Assembly: GCA_963825135.1 (NCBI GenBank)
Contig: CAWGRW010000009.1
Location: forward strand, 2,240,001 to 2,304,000
DNA from: an uncultured bacterium
GTDB lineage: Bacteria > Desulfobacterota_D > UBA1144 > Nemesobacterales > UBA2774
Direction: 5' to 3'
DNA length: 64,000 bases
Part shown: positions 29,039 to 38,956 of the stretch, in pieces
How positions within the stretch are numbered: position 1 is the stretch's first letter
Layout: every line of letters starts with the position of its first letter
Position numbers and translations under genes: made by a program
The notes under the pieces: model-generated
The model's input: the letters and a program-made list of their open reading frames with translations, nothing else
Databases searched by the model: none
Told to the model about the DNA's origin: nothing

Positions 29039-29758
29039 TTATCGGTCGTCCCCGTAGTTGAGGAGTAAATTCTTAACGACTTCGAACGAATTCCTGGCGA
29101 CGACCGGAAGGAATTTATTGAAGTCGGATGCCGCGGTCCCGTCCGCCCTGTCCGAGACCGTCCTTACTATGATAAAAGGGATTTTATTGAGGGTGCATAC
29201 CTGGGCTATCGAGCCGCCTTCCATCTCGATCGCGTCCCCGTGAAGCTCGTCTGTAAGATATTTGTGCTCGTTCATCTCTTTCTTTGTGATAAACTGGTCG
29301 CCCGTGAGTATCCTGCCCGTGATTATCTTCTGTCTTCTCAGTCTCGTGGCGCAAGCGATTTTGAGGAGATTCTCGTCGGCCTTGAATTCCCTGAGCTCCG
29401 TATAGGGTATGGCCCCCCGCATAAATCCGAGCGCCTGGACGTCGACGTCGTGCTGGATGCAGGTTTCGCTCAAAACGACGTCGCCGATGTCGAGCTCTCC
29501 GTTGAGCGCCCCGGCTACGCCCGTGAATACGACGGCGTCCGGGCCATAAATATCAATGAGCCTCTCGCACACCATCGCGGCGAAGACTTTGCCCACGCCC
29601 GATTTCACTATAACGGCGTCCTGACCGAACAAAACGGCCTCGTGGAACGTTATCCCGTTCCAATCCGTCTTCTTCTTCGGCTCCGAGCTCTTGAGATACT
29701 GAGTGATCTCGGCATCCATAGACCCGATAATGCCGATAGTTTTCTTATGTCTGACCAT
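29039..29758 (-). CDS. mtnN: 5'-methylthioadenosine/S-adenosylhomocysteine nucleosidase
   Basis: SGVGKV, FTGVAG, TGDQFI, EMEGGS, RTVSDRAD. Confidence 0.93.
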   Translation of the reverse strand: MVRHKKTIGIIGSMDAEITQYLKSSEPKKKTDWNGITFHEAVLFGQDAVIVKSGVGKVFAAMVCERLIDIYGPDAVVFTGVAGALNGELDIGDVVLSETCIQHDVDVQALGFMRGAIPYTELREFKADENLLKIACATRLRRQKIITGRILTGDQFITKKEMNEHKYLTDELHGDAIEMEGGSIAQVCTLNKIPFIIVRTVSDRADGTAASDFNKFLPVVARNSFEVVKNLLLNYGDDR

Positions 29759-29808
29759 GGATAAGTATCAAAAAGTCCGCAGTGGCTAATTACAATTTCG
29801 GGATTCTA

Positions 29809-30351
29809 TTATTCAGGGTTAATTTCGTACCACATACCCTTCTGGTACCCCTGCTTGTCAACTTCCGTGAACTGCTTTCCGGCAACGGGAGTCGTGCCGC
29901 TGCAAGTCCACTCATAAATAGTGGAGTGACCCGTTACGTACATCGGTATAAAATCGGAGCCGGAGTTTTCCTTGCAGTAGTCCTTCATCCCCTGCGTCGG
30001 TTCCTTATTCACGTCGGCTTTTTCCTCGCACGGTATGTTCGCCCCTACGTTGCAGGCATAGACTTCACCGTCCATACAGCGCCAGTACGTTCCCCTTACG
30101 AATGTGTCGAGCGGGGCGGATTCGGGCGAGCCCCATTGCTTTTTGAGCGCCTTTGCTATGGATTCGGGCACCGGGGGGCCGGTGTATTCCTTCCCGGGAG
30201 CGTCGATCGTGCCGACGGCCCTGCAGTATGCGAACGGGCTGTCGTAGGTTTTGCCCACGTCGGAGCCGGTCTCGCCTGCGCTGCACGATAGCGCGGTCAG
30301 TATAAGTACGGCGGGTAATGTAAATAATAACAGTATGGAATGAGTCCTCAT
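29809..30351 (-). CDS. Cys-rich lipoprotein, hypothetical
   Basis: Lipobox ALSC; six further Cys; WRCMDGEVYACNVGANIPC, DFIPMYVTGH. Confidence 0.75.
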   Translation of the reverse strand: MRTHSILLLFTLPAVLILTALSCSAGETGSDVGKTYDSPFAYCRAVGTIDAPGKEYTGPPVPESIAKALKKQWGSPESAPLDTFVRGTYWRCMDGEVYACNVGANIPCEEKADVNKEPTQGMKDYCKENSGSDFIPMYVTGHSTIYEWTCSGTTPVAGKQFTEVDKQGYQKGMWYEINPE

Positions 30352-30543
30352 CTTCGTCTCCTTGATTTTTAGTGAACCGGCCATAATTACCTGCTTAAAC
30401 CCAATTAGCAATTATAACGCAACCGGTTAAATATACTAAATCATTGTCCTGATAATCCGCTCCCGATTGCCGGTTTGAGAGATTGCACAAGGATGTACCT
30501 CAGGGGCTTTCATGTTCTTGATAAGGGCTATATAATTTGCAAA

Positions 30544-33500
30544 ATGCTCAATAGAACGGGACTCATATTATTCCTGTCCGTCTTTTTGGCGGTATTGATA
30601 GCGTGTGAAGAGGATAAAGGAGACAACAGTCTCCCCCCCGACCCCAAGGACTGGGTATGCGAAAGCTCGCTTGTAGAGCCCACTCAGGAGGAGATCGAGC
30701 AATTTTGCGCGTCTGCCGACCACGGTCTGCCCGCTCCGGACTTTCTCAGGGACCCGTCCCCGTTTTCCCGTCTCGACGACAAGAATATGTATGACACCCG
30801 GATGCAGGATTTTCTAAGAGCTAAGGGATATGTTAACGAGCTCGGGTGGCCCGGCGATTTAAACTGGCGCCTTACAGGTCCGTATGTGGGGCCTATCGGC
30901 AGCGGGCAGGCTTACGGTGTGCACCCCGCGGTCAGACTCTACTATTCCCCGGAAGTCGTGGATTGGCTCTGCGGCGGCAGGGTAACCGAAATCCCCGACG
31001 GCGCGATCATAGTGAAGGAGATGCATTCGATTAATGCGAACCTCGGCATCACTCTCGATTCCGAAGGGTGCATGGTGATAAACGCCGATGTAGAACCCGA
31101 TTCCTGGACGATAATGGTCAAGCAGAAGGATGAATCCCTCGACGGCTGGTACTGGGGAAATTATGTAATAAAATACGACCCTCCCACGGCTAGCTGGCAG
31201 GTCGGGAACCCGCCCATATTCGATATTTCCGCCGTCACGAGCGACGAGTTTTTCGGAGGTCAGGCCGTACCGCTTGAGCCCAATCCGCTCTGGTACCCCA
31301 CGGGTTACGTTTACGAAAGCAGTAACAAACTGCCCGACATTGTTCCGGCGACCAGCGATTACGGGAACTATTGCATAAACTGCCATGCCTCCGCCGAAAG
31401 CGAGCAGACTTTCACCTCGCTCGACAATATACTGACCCCGGGAATCAGGTACAAACACTACGGATCGCTTAAGGCGAGTAATGTCCAGCGCAGCTACAAT
31501 GACCCGGGCCCGGTATACGGCCCCGGAGGGATTGCTCCGGAGAATGTCCGGCCCGGCCTCAGGTCGGAGGGTGAGGTCGACAACTACGATTCGCCTTTCT
31601 CTGTGCCGCTTCCCGGGCCTGCTCCCGAATTCCTTGCATTCTATGATCAGCTCGGGATGGTGACATTCCCTGATGTGTGGGACTTACGTCTTCCGGCGGA
31701 AACCTACGACCATATCGTTTCCGGGACGGGTGCTGACGACGAATTTATTACGTCCGACCAGTGCGCGGGTTGCCATGACGCGTCGTTCCTGAACTCCGCG
31801 CTTCCGAATATGATCTTTGAGGAGCCCGGCCCGGACGGAACGAATTATATCAACCTTTCGCCTTACAGCGAGTGGAAGGCGTCGCCGATGGGGCTTGCCG
31901 GGCGCGACCCGGTCTTTTTCTCGCAGCTGCAGAGCGAGACGAATAATCTTCCTGAGCTCACGGAATGTATTGAAACCACCTGCCTTCATTGTCACGGCGT
32001 CATGGGGCAGCGCCAGCTGGCCATCGATACGGAAGGGCAGGACAACGAGGATTGCAAGAGTATCTTCGCGATCGTGCCCCCGCCCCAGGTTCCGTTCGGG
32101 AAGCCTTTCAGGCTCGATATGGTCAAGCAGTGGCCCGGCTCGGAGGACGACGAGTTCCAGAAATACGGAGCGCTCGCGAGGGACGGCATATCCTGCGGCG
32201 TATGTCATCATATTTCGGACACTGACCTGGGTGACGAATCCTCATATACGGGAAACTTCGTCACGGGCCCTCCGGGTGAGATGTACGGACCTTATCAGGA
32301 CCCGACCATAGTAACAAAGCCGATGCAGAATGCACTCGGCATCACTCCGAAGTTCGCGGATTATTTCGTGTCCGGGAACGCGGCAAGTTCGGATACGTGC
32401 GGGAGCTGCCACAACATCCTGCTGCCGGTCTTCAGCAACGAGGGGGAGATCCTGGGAGCGAGCTACGAGCAGGCGACGGAGCTCGAATGGCTAAACAGCG
32501 ACTTCGCTCCCGGAAGGGACGATTTTAAGTCCTGCGCCGATTGCCACATGCCTACTCACTTCAAGGGGGAGAAGCTCTCATTCGAGATAGCTAATATCGA
32601 GTCAAACGAGCTCGCTCCCACGACTCACCGTCTGCCCGATGAGGAGATCACTCTCACGGAGCGCGACAACTTCGCCCGCCACTCGCTCCACGGGCTGAAC
32701 GTTTTCCTGAACGAAATGTTCCAGCAGTTCCCTCTCATTTTGGGGTATCGGCAGATCGATCCCCATGCTGGGCACATTCACCGAGCCGGGACTGATTACC
32801 GGGCAGAATTCGATGGTCGAGATGGCCCGGAATGAAATCAGCGGTTATCGGCGTGGAGACGCTCGAGACCGCCCCCGACGGCAGGCTCAGAGCGGTCGTG
32901 CGTGTTGACAATCTTGCGGGACATTATCTTCCGACCGGCGTCGGCTTCAGGCGCATGTTCATCGAGTTCCTCGTGCGCGACGCCGAAGGGAATGTGCTCT
33001 GGGCGTCGGGTCGAACAAACAGACTCGGCGCTATCGTAAAGGGCACGACGAATGGATCCTCCCCAGCGAAGAGCCGATCAAAACCCGGACGACCAGTTCC
33101 AGCCCCACTATCAGACAATTACGAAAGATGACCAGGTGCAGATATATGAGGAAGTATACGAGGATTCGGACGGCAATGTCACGACAAGCTTCCTGAGGCG
33201 GGTAAACGAAGTCAAGGATAACCGCATAAGACCCAGGGGATTCGACCCCGCATTTTTTGAAAGCCCGTCTTTCTCCACCTATATTCAGGCGCTTGCCGCG
33301 CTGCACGGAGAGGAGAGGTTCGATCCCCATTACACGGATATAGACCTTACGGGCTCCGACGTCATAGAGTATTTAATATCCCTCGATGCCGAGACCCTGA
33401 GCCGAGTGCACGACGTGCAGGTTACGCTCTATTCTCAATCGATCCCCCCTTCGTATCTCCAGGAGCGGTTCAGGGATGCCGGTGCCGGCCCTGCCGAGAA

Positions 33501-33630
33501 CGACGAGATTAAACGGCTCTACTACATCACCAGTCACTTGAATGTGGATGAACCGCCCGGCGAAAACGGCGATCAGACAATTAAGGATTGGAAGCTTATC
33601 TTAACCAGCGCGACAAGAACGCTCGAGTAG
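30544..33630 (+). CDS. Multiheme c-type cytochrome lipoprotein with N-terminal cytochrome P460-like domain; C-terminus broken by several frameshifts
   Basis: Lipobox LIAC; six CxxCH (CINCH, CAGCH, CLHCH, CGVCH, CGSCH, CADCH); PDGAIIVKEMH, WTIMVK, GWYW; ORFs 32832-33131 (AGHYLPTGVGFRR) and 33052-33630 (KDNRIRPRGF) continue the typical multiheme C-terminal domain. Confidence 0.85.
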
Positions 33631-33710
33631 GCCTATCAAATGTCTATCGCTTACCTTTTCGGCATGGAGTGGGGTAGTATTTAATTTATGCACATTCCGG
33701 AGGACATGCG

Positions 33711-34664
33711 TTGATTGAGACGATTCCACTCAGCTGGCGCAGGGGCGACATTGCTTATCCGAGGTTTAAATCCGTAAGGCTGCCCCTCTCTGGCCTCACA
33801 TGGATTCATTCAGCCGAGATACCCTTCAAATTTTCTTTCGAAGAAATATTCGCCGAGCTAGTGAATGCGTTCGGCCACCGAATACTGATCCGGGGATGCG
33901 GGACTGAAATCACCGGGTTCCTCGCCCGGAGGGGGTTCGCTGCGATAAGGACGGGAGCCGAAGCCCTGATTGATTTGCGGAGACGTTCAGCGGCCGTTTC
34001 CCCGGTTACGGATATCTGCAAGAAAGGCATGCGGTGGGGCAGGGCGGAGGAGATACCGCTTACGGAATCCCGTGCGGGGAGGATCTCCCGATTGAGGTCC
34101 GTTTCAGCCCACGGCAGGAAGCCCCAGCTCCGTTACCTCTACCATACGGGGCTTGATCCCTCGACGAGATGCTTCGTGTTCCGTACCCCGGGCGACAGAT
34201 GGCTCGGAGCGGTTACGGTCTCGACGACTGCTCGGTCCCTGGCCCATACGGAAATGATATTGAGGGATAAAGAAGCCCCGTCCGGCATCATGGAGGCCTT
34301 ATTTATAGGAATAATGGATATATTGGGAGAAGAGGGCTTCAGGGAATTCAGCCTGGGCGAGGTTCCGTTCATCTCCTGCGGCTTTTCTGCGGATACTGCT
34401 CCCACTTCCGGGCGGCATCTTAAAGAGAGGCTTTTATATAGCACAGGATATCTGCTCAAGTACGCCTACAATTTCGATAATCTATTCAGGTTTAAGAACA
34501 AGTTCCGTCCAGTCTGGAGACCCGTTTACGTTTGCGCGCCTGAGATTCCGTGGACGGCCCTTGCGGATATGTTCGTGGAGTCCGGATTCTGCGCGCTTTC
34601 AGGGTCGGCATTGAGATCGTTGGTAACAAACCGCGCACATTCACTCCTAAGGCATCTTTCGTAG
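33711..34664 (+). CDS. Stand-alone MprF/DUF2156-type aminoacyltransferase C-terminal domain protein
   Basis: APSGIMEALF, FSLGEVP, YNFDNLFRFKNKFRPVWRPVY motifs; no membrane domain. Confidence 0.75.
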   Translation: MIETIPLSWRRGDIAYPRFKSVRLPLSGLTWIHSAEIPFKFSFEEIFAELVNAFGHRILIRGCGTEITGFLARRGFAAIRTGAEALIDLRRRSAAVSPVTDICKKGMRWGRAEEIPLTESRAGRISRLRSVSAHGRKPQLRYLYHTGLDPSTRCFVFRTPGDRWLGAVTVSTTARSLAHTEMILRDKEAPSGIMEALFIGIMDILGEEGFREFSLGEVPFISCGFSADTAPTSGRHLKERLLYSTGYLLKYAYNFDNLFRFKNKFRPVWRPVYVCAPEIPWTALADMFVESGFCALSGSALRSLVTNRAHSLLRHLS

Positions 34665-34799
34665 TTTCCGCCTATCCGCAGACGCCTCAAAACGGATGTA
34701 AAATAGGGATTGAAATCTGCGAATATAATGAATGACCAGCCGGACGATGTTGTAACGTTATTAAGTGGGTTGATTGAGATCGATTCTCTTGAAAAAACG

Positions 34800-34858
34800 A
34801 AGGCTTGGTTTGAATTTTGGTTGGGTTGGAAGAGGGTGTTCAAACCAAGCCTTTTCTT
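34800..34858. terminator. Long inverted repeat, possible bidirectional terminator
   Basis: Perfect 15-bp arms aaggcttggtttgaa / ttcaaaccaagcctt with a 24-nt loop, preceded by an A-run and followed by T-rich sequence. Confidence 0.55.
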
Positions 34859-35367
34859 GTTTCAATTAAACTATAGCTAGTTATTTATTATTCTTCAAGT
34901 ACTTCTTTAAGATAGTCTGAAAATTCGTGCAATTTCAGAGGATTAGGTTTAATTATATCTCCTGGGATATTACTATTACAGTTATAATCATGCAATAACG
35001 AGTATATCCCGGCATCTGAAAAATGTAGTCCGATTAATGCTGAAGCGCTAGTTGAGGTTGGAATAAATAACATCATGCGTGTCTTGAGGACAATGGGTGT
35101 ATTATGAAGCGGTTTGATGGATATACCTTGAAGCCTATTGACGTCATGTATAAATGTTATGTAATCACCTCCGTATTCCGGCTGATAATCCCCCGAATTT
35201 TCATACTATAGTTTCATCTGGTATCGACGGAAGAGCCGGGGAAAATGCAATGAATAGCAGAGTCCACAATTGTACTTGACTCGAATAATCTACAGCTATT
35301 ATCAAAAGCTTTCCGCCTTCTCGGGAAAACAATCGTGTATAATGTAGCCGTCCAAAAAAGAGACCCA

Positions 35368-35730
35368 ATGCCCCAGGTCATATTTATCTCTTATGTCCTA
35401 GTTGTGATATTCCTCAGCTTAATCCCCGCATCCGGCATGGGCGGGGTGGAGTATATGGATAAGGTGGCCCATGCGTCTGCTTACGGTTTCATGGGGATTC
35501 TTGCTTATATATCCTTTGAGACGCTGGGTAAGAGGATGATAATCTTTATCTTTATGTTCCTTCTGGGCATATCACTCGAGTTTTTACAATTATTAGTCCC
35601 CGGAAGAAACGCCTCCGTCTATGACGCCCTTGCAAACACGACCGGACTCGTTCTCAGCTTTCTACTCTGCTGGACATATTCGTTAATTCCAAACACCGCG
35701 CCGCAGGACGCCGCGAAAGTCAGGGACTGA
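35368..35730 (+). CDS. VanZ family protein
   Basis: DKVAHASAYG, LEFLQLLVPGRNASVYDALANTTG. Confidence 0.9.
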   Translation: MPQVIFISYVLVVIFLSLIPASGMGGVEYMDKVAHASAYGFMGILAYISFETLGKRMIIFIFMFLLGISLEFLQLLVPGRNASVYDALANTTGLVLSFLLCWTYSLIPNTAPQDAAKVRD

Positions 35731-35816
35731 TAAACCGAATTTTGTCCACGCTCGGTGTGTTTTGAAGTTAGGCGCGGTTTGGCATCGAAAAGGCCTTATT
35801 TGAAAATAATAAGGGG

Positions 35817-36659
35817 TTAATAAACCCCGTTTAGAATGGAGATGCATTCATCCGGGAGCTTCGGATGAGCGGCTTTTCCGGAGGCTGGCTGGGATTTGAC
35901 TCTCCCGTCTGCCCTGAACCATCCGTCGAGGTCGCTGCCGCACCCGTCATCGAACATATTCAGCGGCTCCTGGGTTTTGCACTTCGCGTCTTCGGGCGGG
36001 CATTTGAGGCGGACGTGGAAATGTCCGTCGTGTCCGTACCACGGTCTGACTTTGCCGAGCCATTTCTCGCCCGGATGGGTTTGACAGAGCCTTCTCTTGA
36101 TGATCGGGTTTACGAATATACGGTCGACCCGCTTGTCCGAAGCGGCGGTTTTTATTATCTCCTCGATCTTAATACTCCATTTGAAGTCGTCTATTTCCGT
36201 CTCGTCTTCGTTAAGAACGGACTGCGGGAATATATGCATCCTCTCCGTAATCGTGAGCTGCCTCTTGAGCGCTATCGGGTGCTGCCAGTAAAGTATATCG
36301 GCGTCGAGCCCGATCTGGTGGCTGCTGTGCTCATCATACATAGGCCCCCCTGTTCTCTGCGCGACGTCCCCTATGAGCAGTATGCCGCCAAGCACCTCAC
36401 TCACGTTCTTTGCGAGCGAGGTTATATACTCGATCATCTCGGGATTAGCGTAGTATCTTCCCCTGTTGAGCCGTATGACCTGAAATCCTTCCCCGCTTAT
36501 CGGTATCTGGGCGGCATTCCTCATGCACCCCGCGGTATAAGAGCCGATCGATTCCGTAATTGCGGCTTCGACGGCTATCGCGTCGCCCGGATACGGTACG
36601 GCGAATATCGATAACAGGACTATTAGCAGGCTTGATTTCAGATGCCTTGTCGTTTGCAT
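35817..36659 (-). CDS. mepA: Penicillin-insensitive murein endopeptidase
   Basis: IGSYTAGC, IGD, GGP, HSSHQIGLDADI, RIFVNP, RPWYGHDGHFHVRLKCP. Confidence 0.93.
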   Translation of the reverse strand: MQTTRHLKSSLLIVLLSIFAVPYPGDAIAVEAAITESIGSYTAGCMRNAAQIPISGEGFQVIRLNRGRYYANPEMIEYITSLAKNVSEVLGGILLIGDVAQRTGGPMYDEHSSHQIGLDADILYWQHPIALKRQLTITERMHIFPQSVLNEDETEIDDFKWSIKIEEIIKTAASDKRVDRIFVNPIIKRRLCQTHPGEKWLGKVRPWYGHDGHFHVRLKCPPEDAKCKTQEPLNMFDDGCGSDLDGWFRADGRVKSQPASGKAAHPKLPDECISILNGVY

Positions 36660-36811
36660 GATCGAGTGTTCTGTTTGAGGGTCTATTAACGCCGTAATTG
36701 CAATGCAAATTCCTCGTGGATATTTGTTGGAATTATACATGAACCGGAGGAGTCTTAAAGAGGAGTAGGGAGAGGTGTTTTGAAGTCCCGGTCCCGGAAC
36801 CGGATCAATAA

Positions 36812-36871
36812 TCAACCACATGGTTGACAAATACGCGCTTCACTGATATAATCAACAATATGGTTGATTAT
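36812..36871 (+). promoter_or_regulatory. Consensus sigma70 promoter overlapped by two palindromic operators of the ArsR gene
   Basis: TTGACA (36824-29)-17 bp-TATAAT (36847-52); palindromes tcaacca-ca-tggttga (36812-27) and ataatcaacaatatggttgattat (36848-71). Confidence 0.85.
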
Positions 36872-37207
36872 CAAACTCGGAAAATGGACTCGATCCTTCA
36901 CGCCCTTGCCAACTCGACGAGGCGCGGCATCGTTATGCAGCTCGCCAAAAAAGACCTCACCGTCAACGAGCTTGCGGAAAAATACGATATCTCTCTTCAG
37001 GCAGTATCAAAGCATATTCAGGTGCTCGTAAAATCAGGGCTCGTAGTACAGGAGAAAGAAGGCCGCATCAAACACTGCCGCGCCAATATAGAGCCGCTCG
37101 ACCGTGTGTCGGACTTGATAAAGCAGTACAGCCGTTTCTGGGGAGAGAGGCTCGATGCTCTTGATAAATATTTTGAAGGACGGAAAAAAGCAAAGGAGCG
37201 TGCGTAA
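36860..37207 (+). CDS. ArsR/SmtB family transcriptional regulator
   Basis: ALANSTRRGI, SLQAVSKHIQVL..SGLV...KEGR, FWGERLDAL. Confidence 0.92.
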   Translation: MVDYQTRKMDSILHALANSTRRGIVMQLAKKDLTVNELAEKYDISLQAVSKHIQVLVKSGLVVQEKEGRIKHCRANIEPLDRVSDLIKQYSRFWGERLDALDKYFEGRKKAKERA

Positions 37208-37626
37208 TGAGCGAAAGCAAGCTGGTTGTAACCAAAATCATAAAAGCGGCGCCTGAAGAGGTGTTCGAAGCGTTTACCGATCCCGAGATCATGACGAAGT
37301 GGTTCTACGGGCATGAGGGCTGGACCGTCGACGTTTCCAATACGCTAGAGGTCGGAGGTGAATATACCGTAACCATGATTAAGACTGATGGTAAGAAATA
37401 CGTACACGAGGGCGAATATAAAGTCATCTCCCCGCCTGAAAAGCTGGTCTTTACATGGAACTCGGATTTTGCCCAGAATACGGTCGTTACGGTTCATTTC
37501 CGCAGCGTCGGTGACGGGACCGAGGTGACGCTCGAGCATGAATTCCTGCCGACCCCCGAGGCGCGCGAGGATCACAGGAGAGGGTGGACGGTCTGTCTTG
37601 ACAATCTTGAGAAAATATTCGCGTGA
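37207..37626 (+). CDS. SRPBCC (AHSA1) domain protein
   Basis: APEEVFEAFTDPE...KWF, PPEKLVFTW, GTEVTLEH, HRRGW..CLDNL. Confidence 0.92.
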   Translation: MSESKLVVTKIIKAAPEEVFEAFTDPEIMTKWFYGHEGWTVDVSNTLEVGGEYTVTMIKTDGKKYVHEGEYKVISPPEKLVFTWNSDFAQNTVVTVHFRSVGDGTEVTLEHEFLPTPEAREDHRRGWTVCLDNLEKIFA

Positions 37627-37681
37627 AGAGATTGTATTAATAAAACGAAATAAAATCATAGGAATGAGGAGGCAATAAACA

Positions 37682-38484
37682 ATGAAAAACCGTACACCGG
37701 AGCATATAATCGCTTCCCCGGAAGAATGGCTGGCAGCTCGTAAGGAGCTTCTGAAGAAGGAGAAACAGTTCACGCGGCTTCGCGATCAATTGAGCGCCGA
37801 GCGGCGTGAACTCCCCTGGGTCAAGGTCGAAAAGCCGTATATCTTTGACGGATCCGGACGGAAAAGAGACACCTCGCCGACCTCTTCGACGGACGGAGCC
37901 AGTTGATCGTGTATCACTTCATGTTCGGCCCCGGGTGGGAAGAAGGTTGCAAAAGCTGCTCGTTCGTGGCCGACCACTTCGACGGAATGACCGTGCATTT
38001 GAACGCGCGGGACGTCTCAATGGCCGTGGTCGTCGAGAGCGCCGATCAAGGAGCTGCAGGAGTTCAAGAAGCGCATGGGCTGGCGCTTCAAATGGGTGTC
38101 GTCGTACGGTAACGACTTCAATTACGACTATCACGTGTCGTTCACGAAAGACAAGAGGACGAAGGGCAGCGTGTACTACAACTACGAATTGCGGGAATTC
38201 CCGAGCGAGGAAGCCCCGGCCTCAGCGTTTTCTACAGGGATGGGGCCGCCAATGTCTTCCACACCTATTCCGCCTATGAGCGCGGGCTCGACATGTTGAT
38301 CGGTACGTACAACTATCTCGACCTCGTGCCGAAGGGCCGCGACGAAAACTCCCTGGCCTTTACGATGGCGTGGGTCCGCCACCACGATCGGTACGACGAG
38401 GGCCAATTAGTTAACCTGAAAGGGCGATCCGCTTCTGTTAAGGACTCGGACCCTGCACGCCATTCGGAGGAGGAACACTCGTGA
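37682..38484 (+). pseudogene. DUF899 thioredoxin-like protein, broken by about five frameshifts (decay or assembly error)
   Basis: Fragments in different frames: [69 protein letters not shown]. Confidence 0.85.
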
Positions 38485-38828
38485 GCGCTCGTCATTGTTG
38501 CGGAGCCCCGTCGAGCAGCTCGCACCGCGAGACGACTATAACGCAGACGACGAGCGGCGACACGCGTCCTCCGGCGTTCTTTCAGCGCTTTCTGGGCATA
38601 GCCGAATGGGTAATTCCGGGCGCAGTGCTTGCGCTCCTGCCGAAGTGTCCGATATGTCTTGCGGCTTACGTTGCGATCGGGACCGGAGTCGGGATCTCGG
38701 TATCGACCGCGGCGTCGCTGAGGATGGTGATCGTGATCCTGTGTGCGGCATTGTTGTTATTCCTTGCAGCGAGACATGCGCGCCGCCTCATCACGCGGAG
38801 ATCCGGAATGAAAGAGACGGCACAGTGA
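38481..38828 (+). CDS. Membrane protein with PKCPxC motif, companion of DUF899
   Basis: GGAGGA SD, GTGA overlap; HCC start, [16 protein letters not shown] segments. Confidence 0.7.
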   Translation: MSARHCCGAPSSSSHRETTITQTTSGDTRPPAFFQRFLGIAEWVIPGAVLALLPKCPICLAAYVAIGTGVGISVSTAASLRMVIVILCAALLLFLAARHARRLITRRSGMKETAQ

Positions 38829-38830
38829 AA

Positions 38831-38898
38831 GCGGGCAAGGAGCACAGGAAAGGGTGGACGATCCGCCTTAAAAATCTTGAGAAAATGTATGCATGAAG
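38831..38898 (+). repeat. Diverged duplicate of the SRPBCC gene 3' end (copy of 37561-37628)
   Basis: 55/68 nt identical (manual count); AGKEHRKGWTIRLKNLEKMYA* versus AREDHRRGWTVCLDNLEKIFA*. Confidence 0.85.
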
Positions 38899-38956
38899 GA
38901 GTTATGTTTCTGTTAAAATATATTGTCTGTAAATACATCTATCAGGGGGGCTTCAA

